A stretch of DNA of 64,000 nucleotides from a virus: positions 1 through 64,000 of the IMG/VR virus record IMGVR_UViG_3300042013_000061. The stretch is one strand, 5' to 3'. Position numbers and translations under genes: made by a program. Below the pieces are notes generated by a model. The model saw nothing but the letters and a program-made list of their open reading frames with translations. It was not told the origin of the DNA and did not search any database. Shown here in pieces: positions 9,396 to 17,470 of this stretch (position 1 is its first letter; every line of letters starts with the position of its first letter).

Positions 9396-9875
9396 TTATT
9401 CCTCGATAATGGTAGTGATGCCCAACATCAAACCGTCGTCGGCCATGCCGGTACGAATTCGATGCTTCAATTGTTTGCCCGCAAATTCCACGCGGTAGCG
9501 ATACATATGCGTGTTCATTAGTTCCTGCGTTTCTTTCAGCAATTCGCCGTTGCCGACGGAAACAATTACGTTGTCACCTGCAACGTCCATTTCCATTTCC
9601 ATCAAACCGAGATACGCGGACGTGGTGAATTCAACCGGCTTCGGTTCCATCTGTGCGACGAAATCTTTGCCTTCCGCAATCCATTCAACCAACGACAAAT
9701 GATTCAGGCGCAGAACCTGTACGCTGTGCGTTTCGTACTTGCCACGCTGATTGTCGTAAATGAAATACCAGTAACCCTCACCCTGTACCAATTCCAGATT
9801 TTTGTTGCCGATGAAATCTGTTACCTGCTTTGCGCGAGTCGGGTGAATTGTCGCGCCTTCCGTTTTAAGCGTCAT
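9396..9875 (-). CDS. Hypothetical protein; N-terminal domain paralogous to 9877..10101
   Basis: Start reassigned to MTLKTEG; IG..L.L...YF...WxxxGKxFVA shared. Confidence 0.75.
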   Translation of the reverse strand: MTLKTEGATIHPTRAKQVTDFIGNKNLELVQGEGYWYFIYDNQRGKYETHSVQVLRLNHLSLVEWIAEGKDFVAQMEPKPVEFTTSAYLGLMEMEMDVAGDNVIVSVGNGELLKETQELMNTHMYRYRVEFAGKQLKHRIRTGMADDGLMLGITTIIEE

Positions 9876-9876
9876 G

Positions 9877-10101
9877 TTATTTACTCTCCACAGTGGCGAC
9901 GAATTCTTTGCCGATGCGTTCCCATTTCTCCAAATCGAATTGGGCGAGTTTGCGAACGTGGATCGTTTTGCGTTGCATGTAAATGCCAGCGTCCGCATTT
10001 GTGTAGTCGAGAAAATATTGATGCAGGCCAGCTTTACCGAGAGTCAAATGTGGGCAACCGATCGCAGCGATGATCGTGGTTTTGTTAATTGCCATGTTCA
10101 A
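9877..10101 (-). CDS. Early hypothetical protein
   Basis: First gene after promoter; AAGGGA RBS. Confidence 0.75.
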   Translation of the reverse strand: MNMAINKTTIIAAIGCPHLTLGKAGLHQYFLDYTNADAGIYMQRKTIHVRKLAQFDLEKWERIGKEFVATVESK

Positions 10102-10134
10102 ACTTCCCTTATCTCGTGAGTGACAAATCTGTTA

Positions 10135-10185
10135 GGCATATTTGCCGAGGATTGAATCGTCTCACTTTCATTGTCCCTACGTCAA
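10135..10185 (-). promoter_or_regulatory. Early sigma70-like promoter with GGCAAATATGCC element
   Basis: TTGACG-18-GACGAT-TCAATCCTC-GGCAAATATGCC. Confidence 0.7.
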
Positions 10186-10223
10186 GCGCCCGCGCAAAAC
10201 TTTCTGCAACGGGCGCACAGGCG

Positions 10224-10616
10224 TTAGGCGCCGACGTATGCGCTAACCTGTTCGACGATCTTGGCGCCGCGTGTTTTCGAAGCGCGGGAACTTGGTTCGC
10301 CGTTTATGTAGAAGGCAACCGGGCGATTCATTTTCGATTTGCCGCGCACGATTGCATAACCGTGCATGACAATCCCCGACTTGAAATTGAGAACGACCTT
10401 TTCACCGTTGCTCAATTTGTACGTTCCGCGTTCTGTGACAATTACGTCAGACTCGACGGGAATAAATTCTACCGTCACATTTTCTGGCGCGCCCATCGCT
10501 TTTGCACACGCAGTTAATTCGTCGGACGTTTCTTTACTGTCGCTGTACCAGTGAATGAAATCCTGCTGCACTTTACCGGTCATGACAATTCGCGTGCCGA
10601 ATATTTTGTTACTCAT
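10224..10616 (-). CDS. Hypothetical protein
   Basis: GAGGA RBS. Confidence 0.75.
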   Translation of the reverse strand: MSNKIFGTRIVMTGKVQQDFIHWYSDSKETSDELTACAKAMGAPENVTVEFIPVESDVIVTERGTYKLSNGEKVVLNFKSGIVMHGYAIVRGKSKMNRPVAFYINGEPSSRASKTRGAKIVEQVSAYVGA

Positions 10617-10821
10617 AATGCTTTCCTCGATTTACGTGGCGGTTTATTACTTCCACCAATTCTTGCCTACGTTGCAATTCCCTTTCCGTTTCTTCCCGCT
10701 CCAGTTCCGCAGTCAACCGGTTCTCACGCATGTAAACGCCGAACGCACACAACAGCATGACAATGTAACCAGCCATACAACCGTACATGACAAATTCAGG
10801 ACGCATATTTTTATTCTCCAT
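10609..10821 (-). CDS. Single-TM coiled-coil protein
   Basis: TM then charged helix. Confidence 0.65.
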   Translation of the reverse strand: MENKNMRPEFVMYGCMAGYIVMLLCAFGVYMRENRLTAELEREETERELQRRQELVEVINRHVNRGKHYE

Positions 10822-10866
10822 ACGAGAAAACCGGACACTAGGCCCGGTTTTACTTTTTTTGTGGAA

Positions 10867-11133
10867 TTACTGAATTCGCACAGGCTCAAGATCGCCTTGT
10901 GGTCTGGACACTCCCCCATTCTCGTTAATGCGTGCGCCGGGAGTGCAAAGCCAGACCATCATATCTTTTTCGATCTTGGGCGGCGTGACGATGCTGTTGT
11001 ACGCCTGCAATGCTTCTGCTTCCGTTGCGCCTTTGCCCCAGTACCCGTTTTTGTGAATCATGATAAAGGTCAGCGACGGGTCAACAGCATTCTCTGCGCG
11101 GAATTTCTCGACAACGGATTTACGTGCGGTCAT
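10867..11133 (-). CDS. Hypothetical protein
   Basis: GGAG RBS. Confidence 0.7.
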   Translation of the reverse strand: MTARKSVVEKFRAENAVDPSLTFIMIHKNGYWGKGATEAEALQAYNSIVTPPKIEKDMMVWLCTPGARINENGGVSRPQGDLEPVRIQ

Positions 11134-11293
11134 TTTCTTTCTCCCACAATTCTTTTTGAGTTTCGGTGTCGCGTTCCGGTACGGCTGGCTCTTCGATTTT
11201 CATCACGCGGCGATAGATAGCGCGGACAATGAAAAAGCCCAACACGAGAAAAATTAACCGGAACACGTAAAACAACGGACTGCGATTTTGCAT
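11120..11293 (-). CDS. Small membrane protein (MQNRSP...)
   Basis: Start reassigned; TM segment. Confidence 0.55.
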   Translation of the reverse strand: MQNRSPLFYVFRLIFLVLGFFIVRAIYRRVMKIEEPAVPERDTETQKELWEKENDRT

Positions 11294-11297
11294 TGAA

Positions 11298-11654
11298 TTA
11301 CCAGAAGGCAGGTTTGACCGTGCGATGCACCAGTGGCGAGAGAATGTCGGCCAGCGTTTCGATGGTGCGCTTTTGTTGCGGCGACGGTTTCTCGTTTCCG
11401 AAATACGTCCCGCCTTCCAAAGCCTCCGCAAGAATTTCTGCGTCGGTTACAGATTGCAGAGTGACAGTCGCGGCCTTTTCGCCTTTGAGTGCCAAATCAA
11501 ATTTCGTTGCGGATTCCACGAGGCGCTTTCGCGTCTCTTTACTGCGGTCGTCGTAAAGCTCTTCGATCAAACCGTCGTCAGTCAAAAGCTGTACGCGGTG
11601 ATACAGAACTTCTACCTGAAATTGCGTCAGATTTAATTCTTGCGGATATTGCAT
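11298..11654 (-). CDS. Hypothetical protein
   Basis: Start reassigned to MQYPQE; AGGGG RBS. Confidence 0.7.
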   Translation of the reverse strand: MQYPQELNLTQFQVEVLYHRVQLLTDDGLIEELYDDRSKETRKRLVESATKFDLALKGEKAATVTLQSVTDAEILAEALEGGTYFGNEKPSPQQKRTIETLADILSPLVHRTVKPAFW

Positions 11655-11674
11655 GATAATGCCCCTTTGCTCGT

Positions 11675-11878
11675 TTATGGTTTTACACGTTTCACTTTTA
11701 CGTTGGTGCAGTGCCGACAAACCATTGTGTAGCTGCGGTGATGGATAATTCCAGCAGCAGCCATATCAGCGGCAATAATGCTGCCGTCTTGCGCTGCCGT
11801 CCATTTCACGTCTTCGATTGCGATACAGTCATAACGATGTTCGCACAGGCCCAACAGGCGGCGCAGAAGTTTAAGCAT
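11675..11878 (-). CDS. Small zinc-binding protein (CEH...CxxC)
   Basis: GAGG RBS; motif. Confidence 0.65.
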   Translation of the reverse strand: MLKLLRRLLGLCEHRYDCIAIEDVKWTAAQDGSIIAADMAAAGIIHHRSYTMVCRHCTNVKVKRVKP

Positions 11879-11886
11879 GCGTCACC

Positions 11887-12261
11887 TCAGAAATTCAATG
11901 CGCGTGATGCGCCGGAACGTGCCAGTTTGAAAATGGCGCCGTCTTTATAGTAGACCGAAATATTCGTTTCCAGTCCTTCGCGGCTATAGCAGTAGAAATC
12001 CAGAATGGCGCGACCGTCTTCGGTCAACTCTACGCCCTTGCGAAAATCCGCCCACGAAATTAAATCAGCGAGGTCTGTATCTTGCCAGTTTTCCGTTTTC
12101 GCAACGATGGCAATATTACCCGAAACGGTTTCGCTGTGATCTTGCGTGTTAAGACGTGTGCCGAGTTCCATACGACTCAGGCCGCGCACTTCCTGTTTTG
12201 TGTAGTCGCGAATTCTTTTGCATTCTTCAGCGGTCGGTTTCCACAGTTTCAAAATTGCCAT
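11887..12261 (-). CDS. Hypothetical protein
   Basis: GAGGA RBS. Confidence 0.75.
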   Translation of the reverse strand: MAILKLWKPTAEECKRIRDYTKQEVRGLSRMELGTRLNTQDHSETVSGNIAIVAKTENWQDTDLADLISWADFRKGVELTEDGRAILDFYCYSREGLETNISVYYKDGAIFKLARSGASRALNF

Positions 12262-12300
12262 TGTCGTTTCCTCTTAGGGTCAGATTGGTTTACTACTGAC

Positions 12301-12322
12301 AAAGCCCGCACGAGGCGGGCTA
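12301..12322 (-). terminator. Hairpin/terminator
   Basis: AGCCCGC-CTCGT-GCGGGCT-TTG; same core as 14176-14207. Confidence 0.55.
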
Positions 12323-12325
12323 TGT

Positions 12326-12835
12326 TTATTCAGGCTGATAAAGCGCGACGGATTTAATCGGGCCTTTGAATTTGAAACAGCGCGCAATGAAATCGCGCAC
12401 GTCTTCTTCGGACTTGCCGTATTCCTGTTGCGTGGCGCCGTTCTCGAAAGTGACGGTGTAAAGTTGTTCGCCCATTGGTGGCTCCTTGATGGTTTTTAGA
12501 TGTTGCAGAATTCGGTGATGCGCATTTATTGCGTTGCGCATTTGTTCCGCGACTTCAGCACCATATTCGTATTCATAATCCGACAATGGATTGTTATACG
12601 CTTCGGCTTCTTTATAGTCGCGCATTAGTGCCTGAATGTCGGCACTGTCGAACCATGTAAGCGCCCGGTCGGCACGTTCCAGAATTGCACGCGTGCCTGT
12701 ATACGGTTGCTGGTTCTCTACCTTGTTCAACACGTCAACAGTGACGCTCATGTAATGGGCAAGGTCACTGCTTTTAATGCCGAGGCGTTTCCGCCAGCGT
12801 TGCAAATTGCGTCCGGTCAATTCACACGTTGCCAT
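12326..12835 (-). CDS. XRE-family helix-turn-helix DNA-binding protein
   Basis: LQRWRKRLGIKSSDLAHYMSVTVDVLNKVEN; start reassigned to MATCEL. Confidence 0.7.
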   Translation of the reverse strand: MATCELTGRNLQRWRKRLGIKSSDLAHYMSVTVDVLNKVENQQPYTGTRAILERADRALTWFDSADIQALMRDYKEAEAYNNPLSDYEYEYGAEVAEQMRNAINAHHRILQHLKTIKEPPMGEQLYTVTFENGATQQEYGKSEEDVRDFIARCFKFKGPIKSVALYQPE

Positions 12836-13025
12836 TTTTCGCTGCTTCCTCTTCAGCACGTTTTTCGATAGCTTCAACTTCCTCAGTCAAGCGCGCATAT
12901 GCTTCACGGCGCTTTTTATAGTGCATATGCAGCTTGTACATTTTCCAGCCTTCCCACGAGAACCATCCGATTAGGCCGAGGATGATTACGCCGTACACGA
13001 CACGCACAATTGTTTGCGGTTCCAT
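12822..13025 (-). CDS. Single-TM coiled-coil protein
   Basis: TM segment, coupling. Confidence 0.7.
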   Translation of the reverse strand: MEPQTIVRVVYGVIILGLIGWFSWEGWKMYKLHMHYKKRREAYARLTEEVEAIEKRAEEEAAKNGNV

Positions 13026-13384
13026 TATTTCGCACTCAGCAAGTCAACAATGAATGGGTCGCAAATGTCCGCGCCTTGATTTTGCAGAAACTCGACAAGC
13101 TCAACAGTCGAATTACCACGGCACAAAAGTTCGCCCGCTAAATTGACGATACTGAAATTCGAATTCTGCTCCCACAGGTTAATTGAGAACCAAATATATT
13201 CGGTGGTGCCGTCATTCAAAATGCGACGGACATGAAAAGAACAGCCGCCGATAAAATCTTCACGGCTAACACGAACCACGTTTTCGTTGAAAAGCGTTTC
13301 GACGATGGTTGGCAGAACACGCGACGGCACCATGATTGTGTTGCGCAGTTCTTCTTTCGATGCAGCTACAGATTGCAGAGTCAT
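13025..13384 (-). CDS. Early hypothetical protein
   Basis: AAGGA RBS; first gene after promoter. Confidence 0.75.
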   Translation of the reverse strand: MTLQSVAASKEELRNTIMVPSRVLPTIVETLFNENVVRVSREDFIGGCSFHVRRILNDGTTEYIWFSINLWEQNSNFSIVNLAGELLCRGNSTVELVEFLQNQGADICDPFIVDLLSAK

Positions 13385-13422
13385 AGGAAACGTTCCTTAT
13401 TGCGTGAGTTCAAAAGTCGGTA

Positions 13423-13471
13423 GGCATATTTGCCGAGACTCAATAATGCCCAAACGACAAAGGGGTGTCAA
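13423..13471 (-). promoter_or_regulatory. Early sigma70-like promoter with GGCAAATATGCC element
   Basis: TTGACA-17-CATTAT-TGAGTCTC-GGCAAATATGCC. Confidence 0.8.
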
Positions 13472-13970
13472 CTGAATTGCATACGGCCAGCAGAAACGCG
13501 GGCGGGGCGCGGCGTGTGAATGTGGTTCGCATTGGTTTAGGTCTGCGTTTCCATTCACGCAACTTTGCCCGCACGTATCGTCTATAGGAAGCGTGAGAAC
13601 ATGCGCCGGTAAATTCTAGCGGCATCGCCTGTGCAAATTTCGTCAGGCCCAAAACTGGCAGCGGTGGAATTTGCGCCAGTGCTTTTTTGTACGTCGCTGA
13701 TTTGTGAACACGACCGAAACGGAATTCGTACTCGGACAACAGCGCGACAAATAAACGGAACGCCCATTTGTAATTGTGGGCAGATTCACGAATCCAAATT
13801 CCGCATGGGTGATTGGCATGCGTCTTTTTATAGGCGACCTGATTTCCAGTCACCACGACATGCGCAGTCGATAATAATTGCGCCGTCTCCAAAATCATCT
13901 TTATGACATGCACGTCGCAATGTTGCTGTGCGCATATTTCAGGATTCGGGTCAGTCGCGAAAATGTTCAT
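13440..13970 (-). CDS. Pyrimidine-dimer DNA glycosylase/endonuclease V-like protein
   Basis: MNIF..D..P..CAQQHCDVHVIKMILETAQLLSTAH and THxNHPC..W.RES..NY.W motifs. Confidence 0.75.
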   Translation of the reverse strand: MNIFATDPNPEICAQQHCDVHVIKMILETAQLLSTAHVVVTGNQVAYKKTHANHPCGIWIRESAHNYKWAFRLFVALLSEYEFRFGRVHKSATYKKALAQIPPLPVLGLTKFAQAMPLEFTGACSHASYRRYVRAKLREWKRRPKPMRTTFTRRAPPAFLLAVCNSVDTPLSFGHY

Positions 13971-14155
13971 GCGAGGGACTTCCATTTGCGGACGGGTTTC
14001 TCAACATCGCGCTTTATCAATTTGGCCCACTGCACTTTGAATTGCGTGCGACCATAAAGGGCGTCGAGTTCTGCTTGCTTTCGGGAATCCGCATATACGG
14101 TTATGGTGGCGCTGGTGAAATGCGCGTTTGTGATGCGGACAGAATATTTGTTCAT
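13967..14155 (-). CDS. Small hypothetical protein
   Basis: ATGA coupling to downstream gene. Confidence 0.55.
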   Translation of the reverse strand: MNKYSVRITNAHFTSATITVYADSRKQAELDALYGRTQFKVQWAKLIKRDVEKPVRKWKSLA

Positions 14156-14175
14156 GGTGAAAAAACGCCGGGGGA

Positions 14176-14207
14176 GAAACGAAAAAGCCCCGCACGAGGC
14201 GAGGCTT
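14176..14207 (-). terminator. Rho-independent terminator
   Basis: AAGCCTCGC-CTCGT-GCGGGGCTT-TTTCGTTT. Confidence 0.75.
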
Positions 14208-14220
14208 AGTCTTTTACGGT

Positions 14221-14733
14221 TTACGCTTTGGAATTGTTTTCTGCTGCGCGGCGAATGTCTTCGTCGTGCATATCTGCGACGTTGCCGAAATTGCGTTTAC
14301 GTTCGGCGGCTTTGTCTTCCGCATTCGCATCAATCAAATGCTGCAACGAATTGAAATGCGTCATGCCGCGACCGGTAGACGGCAGGAAATACGCGTCGTC
14401 ACGTTGCGCGTGTGCATCAAGGCCGGACGGTTCCCCTTTCTTTGCCATTTCCACAAATACGCTGTACCCATCACCGAATTCCGTGAAAATCCATTCACCG
14501 AAACGTTTGTGCGCTTCAGTGGTGGTCATGTAATCGGCAAGCTCTTCGGAAAACTTCACGAGACGCAGATTCGAAAATTTCATCAGTTCGAAGAAATCAC
14601 GAGTCTTAACGAACGCACGGGTTTTGCCTTGACGCATGGCAATCTCCAGAACGACTTTAACGCCATCGGCCATTTTCGCAACGTCAGCAGGGTTCATGTT
14701 GATAGGCATTGCAGTAACTCCAAAATCCAGCAC
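14221..14733 (-). CDS. Hypothetical protein (start uncertain, possibly 14709)
   Basis: ORF between promoter motif and terminator. Confidence 0.7.
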   Translation of the reverse strand: MLDFGVTAMPINMNPADVAKMADGVKVVLEIAMRQGKTRAFVKTRDFFELMKFSNLRLVKFSEELADYMTTTEAHKRFGEWIFTEFGDGYSVFVEMAKKGEPSGLDAHAQRDDAYFLPSTGRGMTHFNSLQHLIDANAEDKAAERKRNFGNVADMHDEDIRRAAENNSKA

Positions 14734-14795
14734 TAAGAATTCACCGGGCGCCAGCGGCTGGAAAACCAGCGCCTAGTGTTTGTTGCTCTGTTGTC

Positions 14796-14809
14796 TATTT
14801 ACAGTTTTT
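14796..14809 (-). promoter_or_regulatory. Putative phage middle promoter AAAAACTGTAAATA
   Basis: Motif recurs at 26261, 29374, 57770. Confidence 0.6.
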
Positions 14810-15029
14810 CGCGTTCGGCCCGAATGTCGAGGAATTCAGGCTGGATGCCGAAATTCTCTTTGACGTAATCAATGCCCGTTCCCCGCGCCACTTCAAAACG
14901 CGGCGTTGGGCTTTCGTCATACGGCCAGATGCAAGGCTTCAAGCCTTTCGTGTGCAACTGGATAAGGTCGGGGCCGTGGTCGCAATGCAGAACGACGATT
15001 TTCTCGATTTCGAGCATCAGCCGTTTCAC
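14799..15029 (-). CDS. Hypothetical protein
   Basis: GTGA coupling; start uncertain. Confidence 0.65.
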   Translation of the reverse strand: MKRLMLEIEKIVVLHCDHGPDLIQLHTKGLKPCIWPYDESPTPRFEVARGTGIDYVKENFGIQPEFLDIRAEREKL

Positions 15030-15382
15030 AGGATCATCCCCGAACGAACCAATCGGAAATGATCGCCGCAATCGAATTTCAAATCCGTTGCTTGCGTGCC
15101 GATTTGGAACGGCAACAATTTCGCATGGAAGCGATTTTGATTGTGTTCGTTTTTATGATCCAGATGGCGCGCTTCTTCGGTCATGGCAGCGTTAACGTAT
15201 TCCCACGCTTTCCATTGTTCGTCCGTTTGCGGAGAACGGTCGGTGTTAATGAACAATCCGTCGAGAGTTCTAATCGCACCGATCAGGTTAATGCTCAAAC
15301 CTGAATCAACGGGAATGAAATAGAAATCGACGCCTTCAGGATTCCGTTCAAAGGAAAACAGGATTGCTTCGTGAATGCTCAT
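15026..15382 (-). CDS. Hypothetical protein
   Basis: AAGGA RBS; first gene after promoter. Confidence 0.75.
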   Translation of the reverse strand: MSIHEAILFSFERNPEGVDFYFIPVDSGLSINLIGAIRTLDGLFINTDRSPQTDEQWKAWEYVNAAMTEEARHLDHKNEHNQNRFHAKLLPFQIGTQATDLKFDCGDHFRLVRSGMIL

Positions 15383-15463
15383 GATTGTGTCCTTTTCAAC
15401 GAGTGAGAAAACTTCCGCTATTCCGTGAGGGTTATGCAGCGTCCTCGTCGGGCTAGAGCGCCC

Positions 15464-15492
15464 ATCCTACCGGGCTTGCGGGCCTGTGTCAA
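15464..15492 (-). promoter_or_regulatory. Near-consensus sigma70 promoter
   Basis: TTGACA-17-TAGGAT in intergenic gap. Confidence 0.8.
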
Positions 15493-15499
15493 CCCGGTG

Positions 15500-15736
15500 T
15501 CAGTCGTCGAATCGGTCGGTGTGTTCGATGTAGGCGTAATAGTAGTCATCGGGAACGGGAACATCATTCGCGTACCATTCTGCGAGAATTTCTTCGGCTT
15601 CGCGTTGTGTCCAACATTCTTTGTAAACGTCACGATCTAAATCCGGTTGTCCGTAGCCATCGTCACGCACGACAACAAACCATACGACGTAGACTTCAAT
15701 TCGATTGTGGCGCATTCGCACTTTCCTTTGCTGCAA
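15500..15736 (-). CDS. Acidic hypothetical protein (start possibly 15715)
   Basis: ORF packing. Confidence 0.65.
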   Translation of the reverse strand: MQQRKVRMRHNRIEVYVVWFVVVRDDGYGQPDLDRDVYKECWTQREAEEILAEWYANDVPVPDDYYYAYIEHTDRFDD

Positions 15737-16109
15737 TGTCGGCCAGAAAGCGATTCAATTCGTTGTTTTTTACGGTGTGTCGAATCACAGCTTTTTGACG
15801 ACGCGAAATAGGCGACACGTGACCGTTGTTCAAAAGCACGTCGTACATTCCGTAGGTGCGCGTTTTCATCATGGCTTTCACTTCGTCCCGGCGAACCAGA
15901 ACGCCGCGATGGCTACGAATGAAAAGATCGCCATAACGCTTTTCCAATTCGATCAACGAAATGTCGAGAATCGGACGGCGATCACCTTTGCGCAAAACCA
16001 CTTCGGTGTACTTCTGGCTGGATTCAAACGCAACGATATCGTCGAGAGAATAATCCATAACAACACGGCCATTCGTGTATCGGAATTCGGTCACGCGTGC
16101 CTGTTCCAT
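15696..16109 (-). CDS. Stand-alone LytTR DNA-binding domain protein (AlgR C-terminal-like)
   Basis: LDDIVAFES.QKYT.V......L.ELE..YGD.FIRSHRGVLV...ISRR signature; no receiver domain. Confidence 0.8.
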   Translation of the reverse strand: MEQARVTEFRYTNGRVVMDYSLDDIVAFESSQKYTEVVLRKGDRRPILDISLIELEKRYGDLFIRSHRGVLVRRDEVKAMMKTRTYGMYDVLLNNGHVSPISRRQKAVIRHTVKNNELNRFLADIAAKESANAPQSN

Positions 16110-16120
16110 ATCTATCCCTT

Positions 16121-16726
16121 TTAAGTCGTCAAAAGTTTTTGCAGGATTGTGAGTTCATCTTTCGAGCGCTGCTTGATGTTCTGTTGAACGTTCTCGCTAC
16201 TCGATTTGAAATAGAGCTTTACAGTATCGCCACGGTACGTCTGAACCTTGCTGATAAAGTCCGCGTCAGAGCCTTTGAAGTTGGCGCCGAGTGCTTTGAT
16301 AATCAGCGAAGTATTTGCACCGTATTGAACTGCGACCGAGAACACGCATTCACGCACGGCCACATGGCGATCCTTTACAGAAATGCCATTTGCCAAAAGT
16401 TTTGCGGCTTGCGGATCGTAGTGGGTCGAAGCAATGTAGAGAAACTGATTGGTTTCGAATTCCAACGGTTTCGAATTTGCGATTTGGTTGTACACAGCCG
16501 AGAATTCTTTCGTGCCCGGTTTCAGACCTTTGAATTGCGCCTGATATGCCGAACCGAATTTCGAAGCGACGAATGCCGCCATGCTGCCGTTGTTCGATGC
16601 CAGTTGGTGTGCGCCGTAGGAAACGCCGCCGTTGTCACCTTTGCCTGTACTTACGGTTTTTACACCGCGACCGCCCGACTCAAAACGTGCCGAAACATCG
16701 CCAGTGATTTCGCGATAAGTAGACAT
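16121..16726 (-). CDS. Peptidoglycan hydrolase, VgrG3 C-terminal-like lysozyme; putative endolysin
   Basis: SARFESGGRG...STGKGDNGGVSYG.HQL...SVAVQYG motif; AGGAGG RBS; late motif upstream. Confidence 0.75.
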   Translation of the reverse strand: MSTYREITGDVSARFESGGRGVKTVSTGKGDNGGVSYGAHQLASNNGSMAAFVASKFGSAYQAQFKGLKPGTKEFSAVYNQIANSKPLEFETNQFLYIASTHYDPQAAKLLANGISVKDRHVAVRECVFSVAVQYGANTSLIIKALGANFKGSDADFISKVQTYRGDTVKLYFKSSSENVQQNIKQRSKDELTILQKLLTT

Positions 16727-16758
16727 AACACTTCCTCCTTTTTAGTGAGTGTTATGTC

Positions 16759-16765
16759 TAAATTA
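16759..16765 (-). promoter_or_regulatory. Putative late promoter TAATTTA
   Basis: Motif recurs upstream of structural genes. Confidence 0.55.
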
Positions 16766-16777
16766 CCGCATTCAATT

Positions 16778-17467
16778 TTACACGAGTGCTACGTCGAATT
16801 CCGTAAGGTAATCAGGCAGCCATTCGATTGCGTTGGTCATGCACTCTGCGTTACCACAGTCGCCCATGATCGAATCGCCGCTGGTGAAGTTCACACGCAT
16901 CATCACTCGGTACGGTTGACGTTCGCCGTGCATTGGAAAGTCTGCGTAAATGTGGAACCAACCGAGACTACCCACTTCGCTGCGGTTAAACAGCGGACGC
17001 CCATTCAACCGTTGCTCACGCACATGAGTTTCGAGAAAGTTCATGTACATGTCCGGCGTGTGTACATCAAGCACTTCACCTTCATTCAGTTTCGTAAAAG
17101 CACGAATACTTTGCAGCATGAAAAGGTGATACGCATATTTCAGCAACGAAAGCCCCGAACCACGCACAACCCAATGATCCCACGGGCCGGGAGCTTGCGT
17201 ACAGATTGCATTCGGATGCGTGCGCATGTCAGCCATGTTGCGCTTTTGCAGACCGCCGAATGCTTCCATGTCAGTTTTAAAACGTGCGTGCAAATCACGA
17301 ACAATTCCGTCAGTCATCAACGCTTGCAAAACGTCTTTCACGTACTTACGGACAAGGGGTTCGATCCATGCAGGATTTGCCGGTGGAACTTTCATCGCTA
17401 CCTGAATATCAGGACGACCCATCGGCGGCATTCGTTCTTCGGAATCTGCCAACACAACATTTAACAT
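16778..17467 (-). CDS. Hypothetical protein (229 aa)
   Basis: ORF packing. Confidence 0.75.
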   Translation of the reverse strand: MLNVVLADSEERMPPMGRPDIQVAMKVPPANPAWIEPLVRKYVKDVLQALMTDGIVRDLHARFKTDMEAFGGLQKRNMADMRTHPNAICTQAPGPWDHWVVRGSGLSLLKYAYHLFMLQSIRAFTKLNEGEVLDVHTPDMYMNFLETHVREQRLNGRPLFNRSEVGSLGWFHIYADFPMHGERQPYRVMMRVNFTSGDSIMGDCGNAECMTNAIEWLPDYLTEFDVALV

Positions 17468-17470
17468 TTT

